64,000 nucleotides of DNA from Candidatus Woesebacteria bacterium (GCA_003484955.1 DMZH01000003.1:47815-111814), one strand, 5' to 3'. Positions 18,075-28,394 are shown, counted from the stretch's first letter. Program-made: numbers and translations. Notes: a model not told the origin generated them from the letters alone.

Positions 18075-18670
18075 AGCACTAGAAGAATTGATCCAATTAT
18101 TACTAATATTCCCACTGCTGTTCCAACTATTGTTGGCCAACTCATTCCTGTTACAGGAATCGGAACCGGCGTTGCCGAGCCTGTAGCTTGGGGTGTTGCA
18201 GAAGAGGTTGCGGTTCCTGTGGGTGTTGCACTGGCAGTCGCAGTGGCAGATGGTGTCGGAGTTAGTGTCGGCGTCGGGCTTGGCGTTGAACACATCGTTA
18301 AATCTGTAGTCCAGGAAGCACCCAGCGACGGACAGCAAAAATTTGTTGAACCGCAAAAAGTTGTGGCACCGACGTTAGTAATCGTTGAACAGCTTATATC
18401 CCTCGGTGAGTCCCCTGCATCCGCTGAATAGCAGCTTTTTAATAAAGTTGGATCCCCTGCGACAGGACAAGCTTCGGCTGCAGGGCAAACAAGAACTGCT
18501 TCTGCCTTTTCCCTAATATCTTGCTGCTGTCTGACAAGAATGACTCCTGCAACAACAGCTATAGCCAAAAAGACAACAACCAAAGCACCTATTATCAAAC
18601 CCTGTTTGGTGTTTTTACTTGGCTTGTTAGTTGTTACAACGTTAAAGCTCGGCTGATTATTTTGCTCCAT
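18071..18670 (-). CDS. Cys-rich surface protein with Pro/Thr linker and LPxTG-like C-terminus
   Basis: N-terminal TM then QQQDIREKA, 8 Cys, TPSPTPT linker, IPVTG followed by a TM. Confidence 0.75.
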   Translation of the reverse strand: MEQNNQPSFNVVTTNKPSKNTKQGLIIGALVVVFLAIAVVAGVILVRQQQDIREKAEAVLVCPAAEACPVAGDPTLLKSCYSADAGDSPRDISCSTITNVGATTFCGSTNFCCPSLGASWTTDLTMCSTPSPTPTLTPTPSATATASATPTGTATSSATPQATGSATPVPIPVTGMSWPTIVGTAVGILVIIGSILLVL

Positions 18671-18692
18671 GACTTAATGTTAATTCATTATC

Positions 18693-19340
18693 TCACAACT
18701 GGTCTATCGCTTGGGCTGTAATTTCGGAAAATCCCTCAACCACCAAATCTGCTTTTGAGAGAGCTTGTAAATCCCCGCCGGAAAAAATGGCAACAACTTT
18801 CATTCCGGCACGCCTTGCCGCCTCGACTCCTGAAGGTGAATCCTCTATAACCAAACATTCATACCTTTCAATACCAAGTTTATCCGCCGTTACAGTAAAA
18901 ATATCAGGATCGGGTTTGTTGTAAAGAACCTCATCGGCTGTCGTTATGACATCAAAGGCATCCCGTAAGTTGACCGTATCTAATATCTTTTCTGTCTGTT
19001 CCCAAATGTTCGAGGTGGCAAGCGCAACCCGTACTCCGCTGTCTTTTAATTTTTCAAGAAAATCATCAAACCCCGCTCTTACCGTTACCTCGCTAATACT
19101 GGCCAGGTATGCATTCTGAGTTTCTTTAGCTAGGGCTTCAGGAGTTTTATCCGTATTTATCGAATATTTCTTAATAAGAAGATCCCAGTTTTCTTTAACC
19201 CCAATTCCCTTTTCCTGAGGAGTGTCCGTCTTTGAATCAACATTTAAGTTTTTAAGAACTTTGTTAAATGCTTTTCCATACTCATCCTCATCTTCTAAAA
19301 TTGTCCCGTCCATATCAAAAATTACAGCAGAAAGTTTCAT
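18693..19340 (-). CDS. HAD-superfamily phosphatase (beta-PGM/CbbY-like)
   Basis: IFDMDGT, KPDPDIF, IEDSPSG. Confidence 0.9.
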   Translation of the reverse strand: MKLSAVIFDMDGTILEDEDEYGKAFNKVLKNLNVDSKTDTPQEKGIGVKENWDLLIKKYSINTDKTPEALAKETQNAYLASISEVTVRAGFDDFLEKLKDSGVRVALATSNIWEQTEKILDTVNLRDAFDVITTADEVLYNKPDPDIFTVTADKLGIERYECLVIEDSPSGVEAARRAGMKVVAIFSGGDLQALSKADLVVEGFSEITAQAIDQL

Positions 19341-19341
19341 T

Positions 19342-20751
19342 TTATTTTAACGATTTATCACTTACATCAAAGCCGGCATCTTTTATTCGGTCACGTATCT
19401 TATCTGCCTCTTCAAATTTTCCTTCGCTTCGAAGTCTGTCTCTTTCCTCCATCAGAGAGGAAATATTTTCCGGGATTTCGATACTTTTTGTTTCATTCAA
19501 TTTCAGTCCCAATATTTCATCAAAACTCATGGCTAAATCGTATTTATCTCCGGACGGAATGTTACTGCCAAGCATTGACCACAATACCGCCAACCCCCTG
19601 GCAGTATTTAAATCGTCATTGATTGCCTCTGAAAATTCGTTTCTGTATTCCTCAATTTTTATCTCCTTATCCTCCGACAAAACGGTTCGATTCGGCTCCC
19701 CGGCGGAACTTTGGTGAAGCTGGAAAATTTGAGATTTAAGTTTTGAAAGTGCTGTCTGGGAAGCTTCCAGTGAATCCCAGGTAAAATTCAGAGGGTCGCG
19801 ATAGTGTGCTCCTAAATAAAGATATCTTAGATCCAGCGGGTCAAATCCCTTTTTCTCTACATCCTCCACTGTGTAAAAATTATTTAAGCTTTTACTCATC
19901 TTGCGTCCATCGACCATTAAAAATGCCGTATGCAGCCAATATTTTACAAAGGGAGTTTTGCCAGTTGCCGCTTCACTCTGGGCTATTTCGTTGGGATGGT
20001 GAATGCTTATGTGATCCTCCCCACCGGTGTGAATGTCAATCTGTTCTCCCAAATATTTCATACTCATCGCGGAACACTCTATATGCCAGCCGGGAAATCC
20101 ATCCCCCCATGGTGAATCCCAATGCATGGTGTGGTTTTCAAATCTGCCGATCCTTTTAAACCAAAGGGTAAAATCGGCGGGGTTTTTCTTGTGTTCCCCT
20201 GTTTGGACTTCACCTCTTACCGCAACTTTTTTATCTTCAAGTTTTTGTCCGAAAGCCTCACCGTATTTAGGAAATTTTGAAATATCAAAATAAACCGCTT
20301 CGGGAGTATCATAGGCAAACTCTTTATCCATTAATTTTTGTACCAGTTCAATTTGCTCCTTGATGTGGTCTGTGGCCTTACAGATAAAATTGGGTTTTTC
20401 TATGTTCAATTTATCCATCGATTCATAGAAATTATTAGTAAAGAATTCTGCAACTTCCCAGACTGTTTTACCCTGTTTAGCTGCTCCCTTTTCCAGTTTA
20501 TCTTCCCCTTCATCCGCATCGGACACTAAATGTCCGACATCGGTAACATTTTGAACATGTTCAACTTTATAACCATTTACAGTAAGCACCCTTTTAAGAA
20601 TGTCGTCCGTAACATATTTTCTGCCATGCCCTATGTGAGCGTAATCGTAAACTGTCATGCCGCAGGTATACATTCCAACCTTGGGAGGATTGATTGGTAT
20701 AAATTTTTCTTTTTTGTGAGTTAGTGTGTTGGTTAAAAAAATATCGGCCAT
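19342..20751 (-). CDS. cysS: cysteinyl-tRNA synthetase
   Basis: YTCGMTVYDYAHIGH, PGWHIECSAM, KMSKS. Confidence 0.97.
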   Translation of the reverse strand: MADIFLTNTLTHKKEKFIPINPPKVGMYTCGMTVYDYAHIGHGRKYVTDDILKRVLTVNGYKVEHVQNVTDVGHLVSDADEGEDKLEKGAAKQGKTVWEVAEFFTNNFYESMDKLNIEKPNFICKATDHIKEQIELVQKLMDKEFAYDTPEAVYFDISKFPKYGEAFGQKLEDKKVAVRGEVQTGEHKKNPADFTLWFKRIGRFENHTMHWDSPWGDGFPGWHIECSAMSMKYLGEQIDIHTGGEDHISIHHPNEIAQSEAATGKTPFVKYWLHTAFLMVDGRKMSKSLNNFYTVEDVEKKGFDPLDLRYLYLGAHYRDPLNFTWDSLEASQTALSKLKSQIFQLHQSSAGEPNRTVLSEDKEIKIEEYRNEFSEAINDDLNTARGLAVLWSMLGSNIPSGDKYDLAMSFDEILGLKLNETKSIEIPENISSLMEERDRLRSEGKFEEADKIRDRIKDAGFDVSDKSLK

Positions 20752-20764
20752 GGGATCATTTTAC

Positions 20765-20792
20765 ATTGTTAATTGATAATTGTTAATTGTTA
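20765..20792. repeat. heptamer tandem repeat, 4 units of consensus ATTGTTA
   Basis: attgtta attgata attgtta attgtta. Confidence 0.75.
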
Positions 20793-21326
20793 TCCCGATG
20801 GAGGTATTGGTTTTTCGACTCTGGTTTGTTGTTTTTCCGCTTCATGTCTTTGCCCGGCACCAAACCGGCGGCTTGGTTTTGAGTGAATGGCAGGAATTTC
20901 GTTCAAACCGGTATTTTGTTCCTCATCAATCCGGTTTTTGACAGCCTCTTCTTGAGCTTTCAGAACCTGTCTTTGCTCCATGGAAAGCTCTGTATAATTT
21001 TCCAGTGGAATATCTTCCCCTTCTGCAATTCTACTTTGAAGATCGTTGAATAAATCCTGTTTACGAATGTCTGCAATCTCTTGATTAAGAGCCTCCATTC
21101 TACGGCTTGATTTGGCTTTATCCTGAAGTTCGTTTTGATAATGGGTGGTTTTTGGTCGGCTTTCAGAACTCTGGATATCCGGAGGTTGTATAATATCTTG
21201 GCTTTTTGTATCTTGCTCACCACCGGCAACCTGTTTTCCCGCTTCCCTTAATATTTCCAGTGGTTCCTGCGCAATTTGCTTTGCCAGATCCTGTGCAAGT
21301 TGTTGTGTATTTTTGGCAGTACCCAT
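20790..21326 (-). CDS. hypothetical coiled-coil protein
   Basis: Gln/Glu-rich ORF directly downstream of recR. Confidence 0.7.
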   Translation of the reverse strand: MGTAKNTQQLAQDLAKQIAQEPLEILREAGKQVAGGEQDTKSQDIIQPPDIQSSESRPKTTHYQNELQDKAKSSRRMEALNQEIADIRKQDLFNDLQSRIAEGEDIPLENYTELSMEQRQVLKAQEEAVKNRIDEEQNTGLNEIPAIHSKPSRRFGAGQRHEAEKQQTRVEKPIPPSG

Positions 21327-21330
21327 ATGA

Positions 21331-21939
21331 TCACAATTCTCTCCTTCCCTCAAGCGCGCGGGCCAGAGTCACCTCATCGGCATACTCCAGATCGGCACCG
21401 GTCGGAATCCCCATTCCCAATCTTGTAATTTTTACTTCTGAATTATTAATTTTTAACTGCTTCATCAGAAACATGCTCGTTGCTTCACCCTCCATTGTTG
21501 GGTTTGTGGCAATTATAGCCTCCTTTATGTCATCTTTATTGTCCTTTACCCTATTTAAAAGATCCTGTATATAAATTTCATCGGGACCAATATTTTCCAA
21601 CGGATTAATGGCACCATGCAAGACATGGTAAACCCCTTTGAACCTACCCATTCTTTCAAAAGCCAGAACATCCAGGGGTTCTTCAACAACCATTATCACC
21701 GAGTGGTCTCGGCTGTTATCTGAACAAATTGAACAGGGATCGGTCTCATTCACATTTTTACAAACCGAGCAAAGGACCGTATCTTTTTTAAGTCTTGAAA
21801 TACTTTCCGAGAAATCGTCAAGTTCTCGCTGAGGAACATGGAGAAGATAATAAGTTAGCCTCTGGGCCGATTTTGGTCCAATTCCGGGAAGTTTTTGAAA
21901 AGATTCAATAAGTGCTGCAATCGGGCGCGCTATTTTCAT
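21331..21939 (-). CDS. recR: recombination mediator RecR
   Basis: LPGIGPKSAQR, C4 zinc finger, TNPTMEGEAT Toprim. Confidence 0.97.
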   Translation of the reverse strand: MKIARPIAALIESFQKLPGIGPKSAQRLTYYLLHVPQRELDDFSESISRLKKDTVLCSVCKNVNETDPCSICSDNSRDHSVIMVVEEPLDVLAFERMGRFKGVYHVLHGAINPLENIGPDEIYIQDLLNRVKDNKDDIKEAIIATNPTMEGEATSMFLMKQLKINNSEVKITRLGMGIPTGADLEYADEVTLARALEGRREL

Positions 21940-21956
21940 AATGTTATTCTAGCAGA

Positions 21957-22232
21957 TTACTTTAGTCCACCCAGAAGCCCGCCCAAACCCCCTCCCATTT
22001 CCATCATTTTCCTTGCCGATTCTTTTTGAACTTTCTTCATCGCTTCATTTATAAGTTCTGTCAATTCTTTCATATCTTCATCACCGTTTTTGATGTAGCG
22101 AAGTTTTTGGTCCCCCGTCACAGAAACAGTCCAACCGTGTTTTTCCTCGGTTTGGATAATTTTCTCAAGTTCTTTCTGCAGCTCTTTTGCCTGACGCTGC
22201 ATATTTGCCAGGTTTTTAACTTTGTCAAACAT
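21957..22232 (-). CDS. ybaB: YbaB/EbfC nucleoid-associated protein
   Basis: Position between dnaX and recR, VSVTGDQK, size. Confidence 0.8.
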   Translation of the reverse strand: MFDKVKNLANMQRQAKELQKELEKIIQTEEKHGWTVSVTGDQKLRYIKNGDEDMKELTELINEAMKKVQKESARKMMEMGGGLGGLLGGLK

Positions 22233-22290
22233 ATATATCGATTTTACTTCGTAAAATTACAAATTACAATTTTGAATTTAAAGTTGGCTA

Positions 22291-23793
22291 CTAATTGCTG
22301 AATATTTTTTCGGCAATTTCAACAATATCTTTGTCTTTTCCTTCAGTTAAAATAGTTTCTATTTTTGTCTCTTCAACAATTTTCTTGGGTGGCGGCTCGA
22401 CCAGTACACAATTTACTTTTGTCGGCGACTGCAGTACTTTTGCAACAATCTCCTCCAGAGTTTTTCTGTGACGCGCTTCTTCAATCCTCTCTTTATGAAA
22501 TTTATAATAAACGCCCAGGGTGAGAATTTTTCCATTATAAGAAATTGGCTTAGCGGCACGAAGAAGGGCTTCCATTGTGGCGTTAACCGGTTTAACGAGA
22601 GCCAAAATATTCTTCCACACATCGTCTCGAATCTCCAATATCTCACCCGATAGGCTTTCCTGAAATTCAGTCTCAGATCCAACCTTGTCATTTTTTTCTT
22701 CCCTGGTCTCCTCTGCCTTAGGAATCTCTTTGGATTTGTTTTTTTTGCTTTCATCATCATCTTTTTCGTCTTCACCACACCAGGAAATAAGTGCCAGCTC
22801 CAAAGGCAGTTCCTCGACAGGACTTGATCCAATTTCCCGAAAAGCCCCGGTTAGAAGATCGATGAGGGTAATGAGCTCGGCCTTTGATAAACTTTCCAAG
22901 TTGTCATTTCCGACACCGACTTTGGATAAAAGGCTGCTTCTTAGTTTTTTTATTAAAGATTCCAAAAAGTTTTCAATCGTTACCCCCTTTGTGCCCAGTT
23001 CCTCGACCTCCGAAAGAAGTTTCTTCAAATCTTTCACTGCAAGGAGTTTTGTAAAATTATCCAAATCAAAAGATTTATTTTTAAAGAGAAACTCTTCAAG
23101 AGACTCCTCGGTAAGTTCTTTTTCTTCTGCCGTCAACTGTTCCAAAATCTTAATTGCATCCCTGAATGATCCGTCTGAAGCCTCAGCAATAAGTGTTAGT
23201 GCCGATTCCTCAATTTTTATTTTCTCCCCATCAACCACCCTTTTAAGAGATCTTATTATTTCGGGAATACTCGCCTTTCGAAAAGGAATCAGTGTGGTTC
23301 TGGAACGAATCGTGCCAATTAATTTTTCAGGGTTAGTTGTCGCTAAAATAAAAACCACATGTTCGGGAGGTTCTTCTAGGGTTTTTAAAAGAGCATTGCT
23401 TGCTTCGGCAGTTAACATGTGTACCTCATCAATAATGTAAATTTTCTTTTTACCGGACACAGGAGCAAGTTTAACTGCATCCCGCAGAACCCGAACATCA
23501 TCAATACCCCGATGGGATGCCGCATCCATTTCAACAACATCAAGGTTTGACCCGTTGATTATAGAAATACATTGCCCGCACTTATCGCACGGTTTGGTAT
23601 CTTTCAAATCCTGGCAATTAATTATTTTGGCAAGAATTCTTGCAGCTGAAGTTTTACCCGTACCCTTTGGTCCTGCAAACAAAAATGCATGAGGGATAGA
23701 TTTTTTGGAAACTATTTTTTTGAGAGATTCACTGACATCAGTTAAATCCAGTTCATCCAAATTTTTTGACCGGTATTTAAGATATAATGTCAT
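22291..23793 (-). CDS. dnaX: DNA polymerase III subunit gamma/tau
   Basis: LYLKYR, GPKGTGKTS, EMDAASHRG, IIDEVHML, LLKTLEEPP. Confidence 0.96.
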   Translation of the reverse strand: MTLYLKYRSKNLDELDLTDVSESLKKIVSKKSIPHAFLFAGPKGTGKTSAARILAKIINCQDLKDTKPCDKCGQCISIINGSNLDVVEMDAASHRGIDDVRVLRDAVKLAPVSGKKKIYIIDEVHMLTAEASNALLKTLEEPPEHVVFILATTNPEKLIGTIRSRTTLIPFRKASIPEIIRSLKRVVDGEKIKIEESALTLIAEASDGSFRDAIKILEQLTAEEKELTEESLEEFLFKNKSFDLDNFTKLLAVKDLKKLLSEVEELGTKGVTIENFLESLIKKLRSSLLSKVGVGNDNLESLSKAELITLIDLLTGAFREIGSSPVEELPLELALISWCGEDEKDDDESKKNKSKEIPKAEETREEKNDKVGSETEFQESLSGEILEIRDDVWKNILALVKPVNATMEALLRAAKPISYNGKILTLGVYYKFHKERIEEARHRKTLEEIVAKVLQSPTKVNCVLVEPPPKKIVEETKIETILTEGKDKDIVEIAEKIFSN

Positions 23794-24179
23794 TCTTTGT
23801 GATGAATTCCCATCAGATGCATGGCTCCATGTTCTATTAGTTTATAAACTCTTTGGTCAATCAGTATATTTTCCTCAATTGCCTCTTTCACTGCCAACGG
23901 GTAGCAAACAATAATCTCACCCAGATGAATCTTTCCGTTCGGCGGGTAGATGAATCCTCCTTTTGTTTCCTCGGTTACAAATGATAAAACATTGTGAAGT
24001 TTTTTGTCCTTCAAAAACTTTTTCCCTATCTCAAGCATTCTTTTTTCTCCAACTATCGCGACAGAAACTTCGGCATCGGAAACAATTCCCTTTTTTGTAA
24101 AAAATTCCGCCAGCTTTTTTTTGATAACCGCTGATTTGACCGGATAGTTAGATTGTTTAGTAATTAAAACTTTAATCAT
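23790..24179 (-). CDS. ybeY: rRNA maturation RNase YbeY
   Basis: NVLSF, LGEIIVC, HGAMHLMGIHH. Confidence 0.9.
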   Translation of the reverse strand: MIKVLITKQSNYPVKSAVIKKKLAEFFTKKGIVSDAEVSVAIVGEKRMLEIGKKFLKDKKLHNVLSFVTEETKGGFIYPPNGKIHLGEIIVCYPLAVKEAIEENILIDQRVYKLIEHGAMHLMGIHHKE

Positions 24180-24197
24180 GATATACGAAGCTCCACC

Positions 24198-24635
24198 CTA
24201 ACCAAGTTCTCCTCTTACCAGTTGAGCAATTTTTCCTCCATCAGCATTTGGTGCTTTACCTTTTACGAATCCGATTACTTTCCCCATATCACCCATTCCT
24301 GCAGGTTTGATTTCGGCAACTGCTTCATCAATCAATTTCGCAAGTTCTTCATCGCCCATTTCCGGAGGTAGATATTCCTGAAGGATTTTTAGCTCATCTT
24401 CTTCTTTTTGGGCGCGGTCGGACGATCCGGCATTTTTATACATCTCAACCGCTTCCTTTCTTTTTTTTGCTTCACGCCTTATAACCACAAGTTCTTCCTC
24501 GTCTGTTAGTTCATGCTGTTTCTCAATTTTTTCGTAATTAAAGGCGGAAAGAAGAAGCCTCAGTGTGGAAGTTCTCGTTTCATCATGGGCTTTCATCGAC
24601 TCACCAATCTTTTGCTGTAAGGTTTGTGTAATCAT
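24198..24635 (-). CDS. GatB/YqeY domain protein
   Basis: SMKAHDE, EAKKRKEA, YLPPEM, DMGKVIG. Confidence 0.9.
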   Translation of the reverse strand: MITQTLQQKIGESMKAHDETRTSTLRLLLSAFNYEKIEKQHELTDEEELVVIRREAKKRKEAVEMYKNAGSSDRAQKEEDELKILQEYLPPEMGDEELAKLIDEAVAEIKPAGMGDMGKVIGFVKGKAPNADGGKIAQLVRGELG

Positions 24636-24952
24636 ATTTTTTTATCACTCGAGATTTCACCCAGCAGGTGCATGTGCATGTGGTGCACAGCAGCCGCGTC
24701 ACCTGCATTCGTTGTCATCCTAAAGTTAGTTATACCCTTTTCTCCCATCAGTTCCAACCCCAATTTTTTGATTTCAGTCCAAAGCAAATCGTCCAACCCA
24801 TTCACGTCTTTGATATGCCTTTTGGGAATAATTAAGATGTGTGTACTCGCCTGTGGATTGATATCATTAATCGCAATTAGACTGTCTGTCTCTTTAATTT
24901 TGTCAGACGGAATTTCCCGGTTTACAATTTTACAAAAAACACAATCTTCCAT
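24632..24952 (-). CDS. HIT family protein
   Basis: DCVFCKI, DINPQA, HHMHMH triad. Confidence 0.92.
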   Translation of the reverse strand: MEDCVFCKIVNREIPSDKIKETDSLIAINDINPQASTHILIIPKRHIKDVNGLDDLLWTEIKKLGLELMGEKGITNFRMTTNAGDAAAVHHMHMHLLGEISSDKKI

Positions 24953-26182
24953 CTATTTTTTAAGTCGTTTAATGACCTCATCGAAATCCAAAAGTTCGGA
25001 TGCGTCTGTCGTTCTTTCCTTCCACTCGATTTTATCTCCATTACGTTCCGATACAACTAAGCGAACGGGAATTCCGATTAGGTCGGCATCCGCAAATTTT
25101 TCTCCCGGAGCAACATCCCGATCGTCCCACAAAACATCGATATTGTTTTCTTTCAATTTTTCGTATATCTCTTTTCCATTTCCTCCAGGAAGTTCCACTA
25201 AGTGAATGTCAAACGGAGCGATTTGCGGATACCAAATAATCCCTTTGTCATCGTGTGACACTTCCACCAAAGTTCCCATAACACGTGTGGGGCCAATTCC
25301 ATAACTGGCAAACCAAATCGGTTTTTTAAGTCCTTTTTCATCCGTGTAATAAACATGCATCCGTTCCGCATACCATGTGCCAAGAGGAAATATGTTTCCA
25401 ACCTCCACCGTTCCTTCAATTTTTTCAATTTTCCCCTCTTTACATTTTGGACATTTTTCTCCCTCGTTTCCTTCGAATATTTCCTTATTTACGGAATAAT
25501 CACACTTATTACAAGTAAATATTGTATCCTCGCCATTTGCGCCGATTACTTGAAATTCGTGGGTGTGTCTTTCGGTAAAAACCCCTCCTGATGCCTCAGC
25601 GACTTTAAAATCAAATCCTAGTCTTTTGAAAATTTTTACATAAGCTCCTTTTACCTTCTCGTAATAATTCATCATATCTTCTTCATTTGCATGTGCAGAA
25701 TAAAGGTCTTTCATCATAAATTCCTTCCCTCTTAATATTCCGCTTTTGGCTCTTGCCTCATTTCTAAATTTGGTTGAGAGCTGATATATGGCAACCGGTA
25801 AATCCTGATAACTTTTGATATTTTTGCGAAGTAAATCCATTACTATTTCTTCATGGGTGAAAGATAAAACATATTCCTTTTTCCTGGTATCGGATAATTT
25901 ATACATTATCTCGTCAGCTTTATCCCACCTCCCTGTTTCACTCCAAATTTCTTTCGGATGAAGAAGGGGCATTAGCATTTCCTGCCCACCAACCGCATTA
26001 ATTTCTTCTCTGATGATCTGGTTTATTTTTGTGACAACCCTAAGTCCAAGTGGAAGAAGAGTCCAACTTCCGGACATCAGCTGATCAATAAATCCTGCGC
26101 GAACAAGAAGTTTATGGTTTAAACTTTGTGCGTCTTTCGGAGCTTCTTTTCTTGTTTTTGGAAAGAGTTGTGATTGTTTCAT
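24953..26182 (-). CDS. proS: prolyl-tRNA synthetase (short, no editing domain)
   Basis: LLVRAGFI, KFRNEAR, EFMMKDLYS, EVGNIF, YGIG, KFADADLIG. Confidence 0.95.
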   Translation of the reverse strand: MKQSQLFPKTRKEAPKDAQSLNHKLLVRAGFIDQLMSGSWTLLPLGLRVVTKINQIIREEINAVGGQEMLMPLLHPKEIWSETGRWDKADEIMYKLSDTRKKEYVLSFTHEEIVMDLLRKNIKSYQDLPVAIYQLSTKFRNEARAKSGILRGKEFMMKDLYSAHANEEDMMNYYEKVKGAYVKIFKRLGFDFKVAEASGGVFTERHTHEFQVIGANGEDTIFTCNKCDYSVNKEIFEGNEGEKCPKCKEGKIEKIEGTVEVGNIFPLGTWYAERMHVYYTDEKGLKKPIWFASYGIGPTRVMGTLVEVSHDDKGIIWYPQIAPFDIHLVELPGGNGKEIYEKLKENNIDVLWDDRDVAPGEKFADADLIGIPVRLVVSERNGDKIEWKERTTDASELLDFDEVIKRLKK

Positions 26183-26195
26183 CGAGCCTATTGTA

Positions 26196-27308
26196 TCATT
26201 TTCCCAACGAGTTAATGAATCCGTCAATTCCACCGTTTGTTACAAGTCTTCGCACATCCCCGACTGTAATTACCAGAAGAAGAGTTAAAAGCAGGAGAAA
26301 GCCTATGTTGTTAATTGTCGCTTCAACTTTTCTGGAAACTTTTTTTCTGGTAACCGTCTCAATTCCTATAAAGACGAGTCTTCCTCCATCAAGCGCCGGG
26401 AAAGGTATAACATTCAAAATTGCCAGGTTGACGGAAAGAATACCGACAAAATTGAGAAGAGTCAGAAAACCGCTCTTTGAAGCTTCTGTAGTCACCGCAT
26501 AAATCCCGATCGGTCCTGAAACCCCTTGAGGGGTCTTTCCTTCAAAAATCCCGGACAGTAGACCCCACAGCCCCGTCGCAATGGTTTTACCCCAAAAAAT
26601 ACCGTCTTTAAATCCGTAATAAATTCCATAAAAAGGTCTGAGCAGTACGGGCGGATAATAAATTTCCATTGTTGTAATCGTCACCCCAACCGATCCCTCG
26701 CCGGAGGGTGGATTCTCTCTGGGAATAAGGCTAACCGTCAGGGTTTTTGTCTGACCGTTTATATCCCTCTGAACCTCATAAGTTACCCTTTTACCCTTAT
26801 AAGTGGCTGTTTTTGCAACAAACTCGTCAGACAGAACAATTGTTTCACCACCAACTTTAGTGATAATATCGCCAACCACAATTCCGGCATTTGCCGCGGG
26901 AGACCCTGATGCCACGTCGATTACTTTCACTTTTCCTCCGTCTCGGGGTATTCCGGAGAATGAGTAAACAATTGCAAAAACTATAATTGCCAAAAGGAAG
27001 TTCATAACAACTCCGGCAATTACAACCATAGCTCTTACTTTTTTGCTTTTATGCAAAAATGAATGTTTAACATTCGTTCCCTCATCCTCCTCCTGTTCCC
27101 CATGAAGTCTTACAAAACCACCAAAAGGAAGGGCATTAATCGAGTAGACAGTTTCACCTATCTTCTTGCTGAAAAGTCTTGGAGGAAGTCCGAAGCCAAA
27201 TTCTTCAACTTTTATTCCGGACTTTCTAGCAACAATAAAGTGTCCGAATTCATGGGATATAATTAACACCGAAAGCACAAGTATAAAAACAAGAATAGAG
27301 ACCAACAT
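26196..27308 (-). CDS. rseP: RseP-like M50 zinc metalloprotease with PDZ
   Basis: HEFGH, PFGGFV, NVIPFPALDGG. Confidence 0.93.
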   Translation of the reverse strand: MLVSILVFILVLSVLIISHEFGHFIVARKSGIKVEEFGFGLPPRLFSKKIGETVYSINALPFGGFVRLHGEQEEDEGTNVKHSFLHKSKKVRAMVVIAGVVMNFLLAIIVFAIVYSFSGIPRDGGKVKVIDVASGSPAANAGIVVGDIITKVGGETIVLSDEFVAKTATYKGKRVTYEVQRDINGQTKTLTVSLIPRENPPSGEGSVGVTITTMEIYYPPVLLRPFYGIYYGFKDGIFWGKTIATGLWGLLSGIFEGKTPQGVSGPIGIYAVTTEASKSGFLTLLNFVGILSVNLAILNVIPFPALDGGRLVFIGIETVTRKKVSRKVEATINNIGFLLLLTLLLVITVGDVRRLVTNGGIDGFINSLGK

Positions 27309-27372
27309 ATATGGATGTATTATGTATTAGGTATCACTCAGAAGCAAGAAGATCATGGACACGGGAAGAATG

Positions 27373-27927
27373 TTATATTTGAAGAAGTTCCGCTTTTTTC
27401 TTCCCACCCATCTCCTCAATCTTACCGACAAATTCATCGGTAATTTCCTGAAGTTTTTTCTCAAACAAAAATTTATCATCTTCCGTAATTTCTTTTGCCT
27501 CAAATTTATTTTTAATTTCATGCATCTCGTCTCCCCTTACTTGACGTATTGCAACTTTGCCATTCTCAAGTTTTCCGGAGAGAAGTTTGACATACTTTTC
27601 TCTGTCTTCCGTGGTCATTGGAGCAATAATAATTCTTATTACCTCGCCATCGATTGAAGGATTCAGGCCGATACCGGCTTCGGCTATTCCCTTTTTAATG
27701 TCTCCGATTATGGATTTATCCCAAGGATTAATAACTATCTGGGTAGGATCCGGAGTAGAAATCGAGGCAAGTTCCACAACCTTTAATCTTTGTGTTCCGC
27801 CATATGCAGGGCAAATAATATTTTCTACAAGTGCCGAAGATGCTCTACCGGTTCTTATTCCTGAAATATCAGAAGCAACAACGTCTAGAGTTGACTGCAT
27901 TTTAGAACGTATCGAAGATTCGTCCAT
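27373..27927 (-). CDS. frr: ribosome recycling factor
   Basis: IRTGRAS, NPSIDG, AIRQVR. Confidence 0.96.
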   Translation of the reverse strand: MDESSIRSKMQSTLDVVASDISGIRTGRASSALVENIICPAYGGTQRLKVVELASISTPDPTQIVINPWDKSIIGDIKKGIAEAGIGLNPSIDGEVIRIIIAPMTTEDREKYVKLLSGKLENGKVAIRQVRGDEMHEIKNKFEAKEITEDDKFLFEKKLQEITDEFVGKIEEMGGKKKAELLQI

Positions 27928-27941
27928 TTTGTGGAATTGTA

Positions 27942-28394
27942 CTACTTTCCTAATTCTACACGAAAAACCCGGCCCAAGCGAACGTTTTCCCCTGTCCTGG
28001 CAATAAGTTCCTTAATTAAATCCGAAACTTTTTTGCCGGAGTCTTTTACGAAATCCTGTTTTTCCAGATTAGCTTCTCCCATTGAGGCAACCTGCATAGC
28101 AAGGTCTTTTCCTAATGCTTCAAAAAGCTCATTTCTGGCGACAAAGTCAGTTTCGCAAAGAAGTTCCACTATACCAACAACTTTTCCTGTGTGGTGTGTG
28201 TAAACAAAAACCTTTCCCTCGGAAGTATTTCTTCCCTCACGCTTCGAGGCTTTTTCAAACCCTTCTTTTTTAAGAACCTCTAGTGCCTTTTTTTTGTCCC
28301 CGCCAACCTCTTCCAAAACTTCACGGATCCGAATTATGGCAACCCCCGTTTCTTCTCTGAGTTTTTTAATAAGTTCAATATCTATTTTGGCCAT
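27942..28394 (-). CDS. tsf: elongation factor Ts (short form)
   Basis: KKLREETG, ELLCETDFVAR. Confidence 0.95.
   Translation of the reverse strand: MAKIDIELIKKLREETGVAIIRIREVLEEVGGDKKKALEVLKKEGFEKASKREGRNTSEGKVFVYTHHTGKVVGIVELLCETDFVARNELFEALGKDLAMQVASMGEANLEKQDFVKDSGKKVSDLIKELIARTGENVRLGRVFRVELGK

Noticed and set aside
18165-18290. Nucleotide repeats in the surface-protein gene
   Set aside because: Explained by the Pro/Thr/Ala linker coding sequence
22413-23440. 139-aa and 251-aa alternative-frame/antisense ORFs in dnaX, and similar shadows elsewhere in the track
   Set aside because: They fully overlap well-supported genes, with Ser/Phe-rich antisense composition and no motifs
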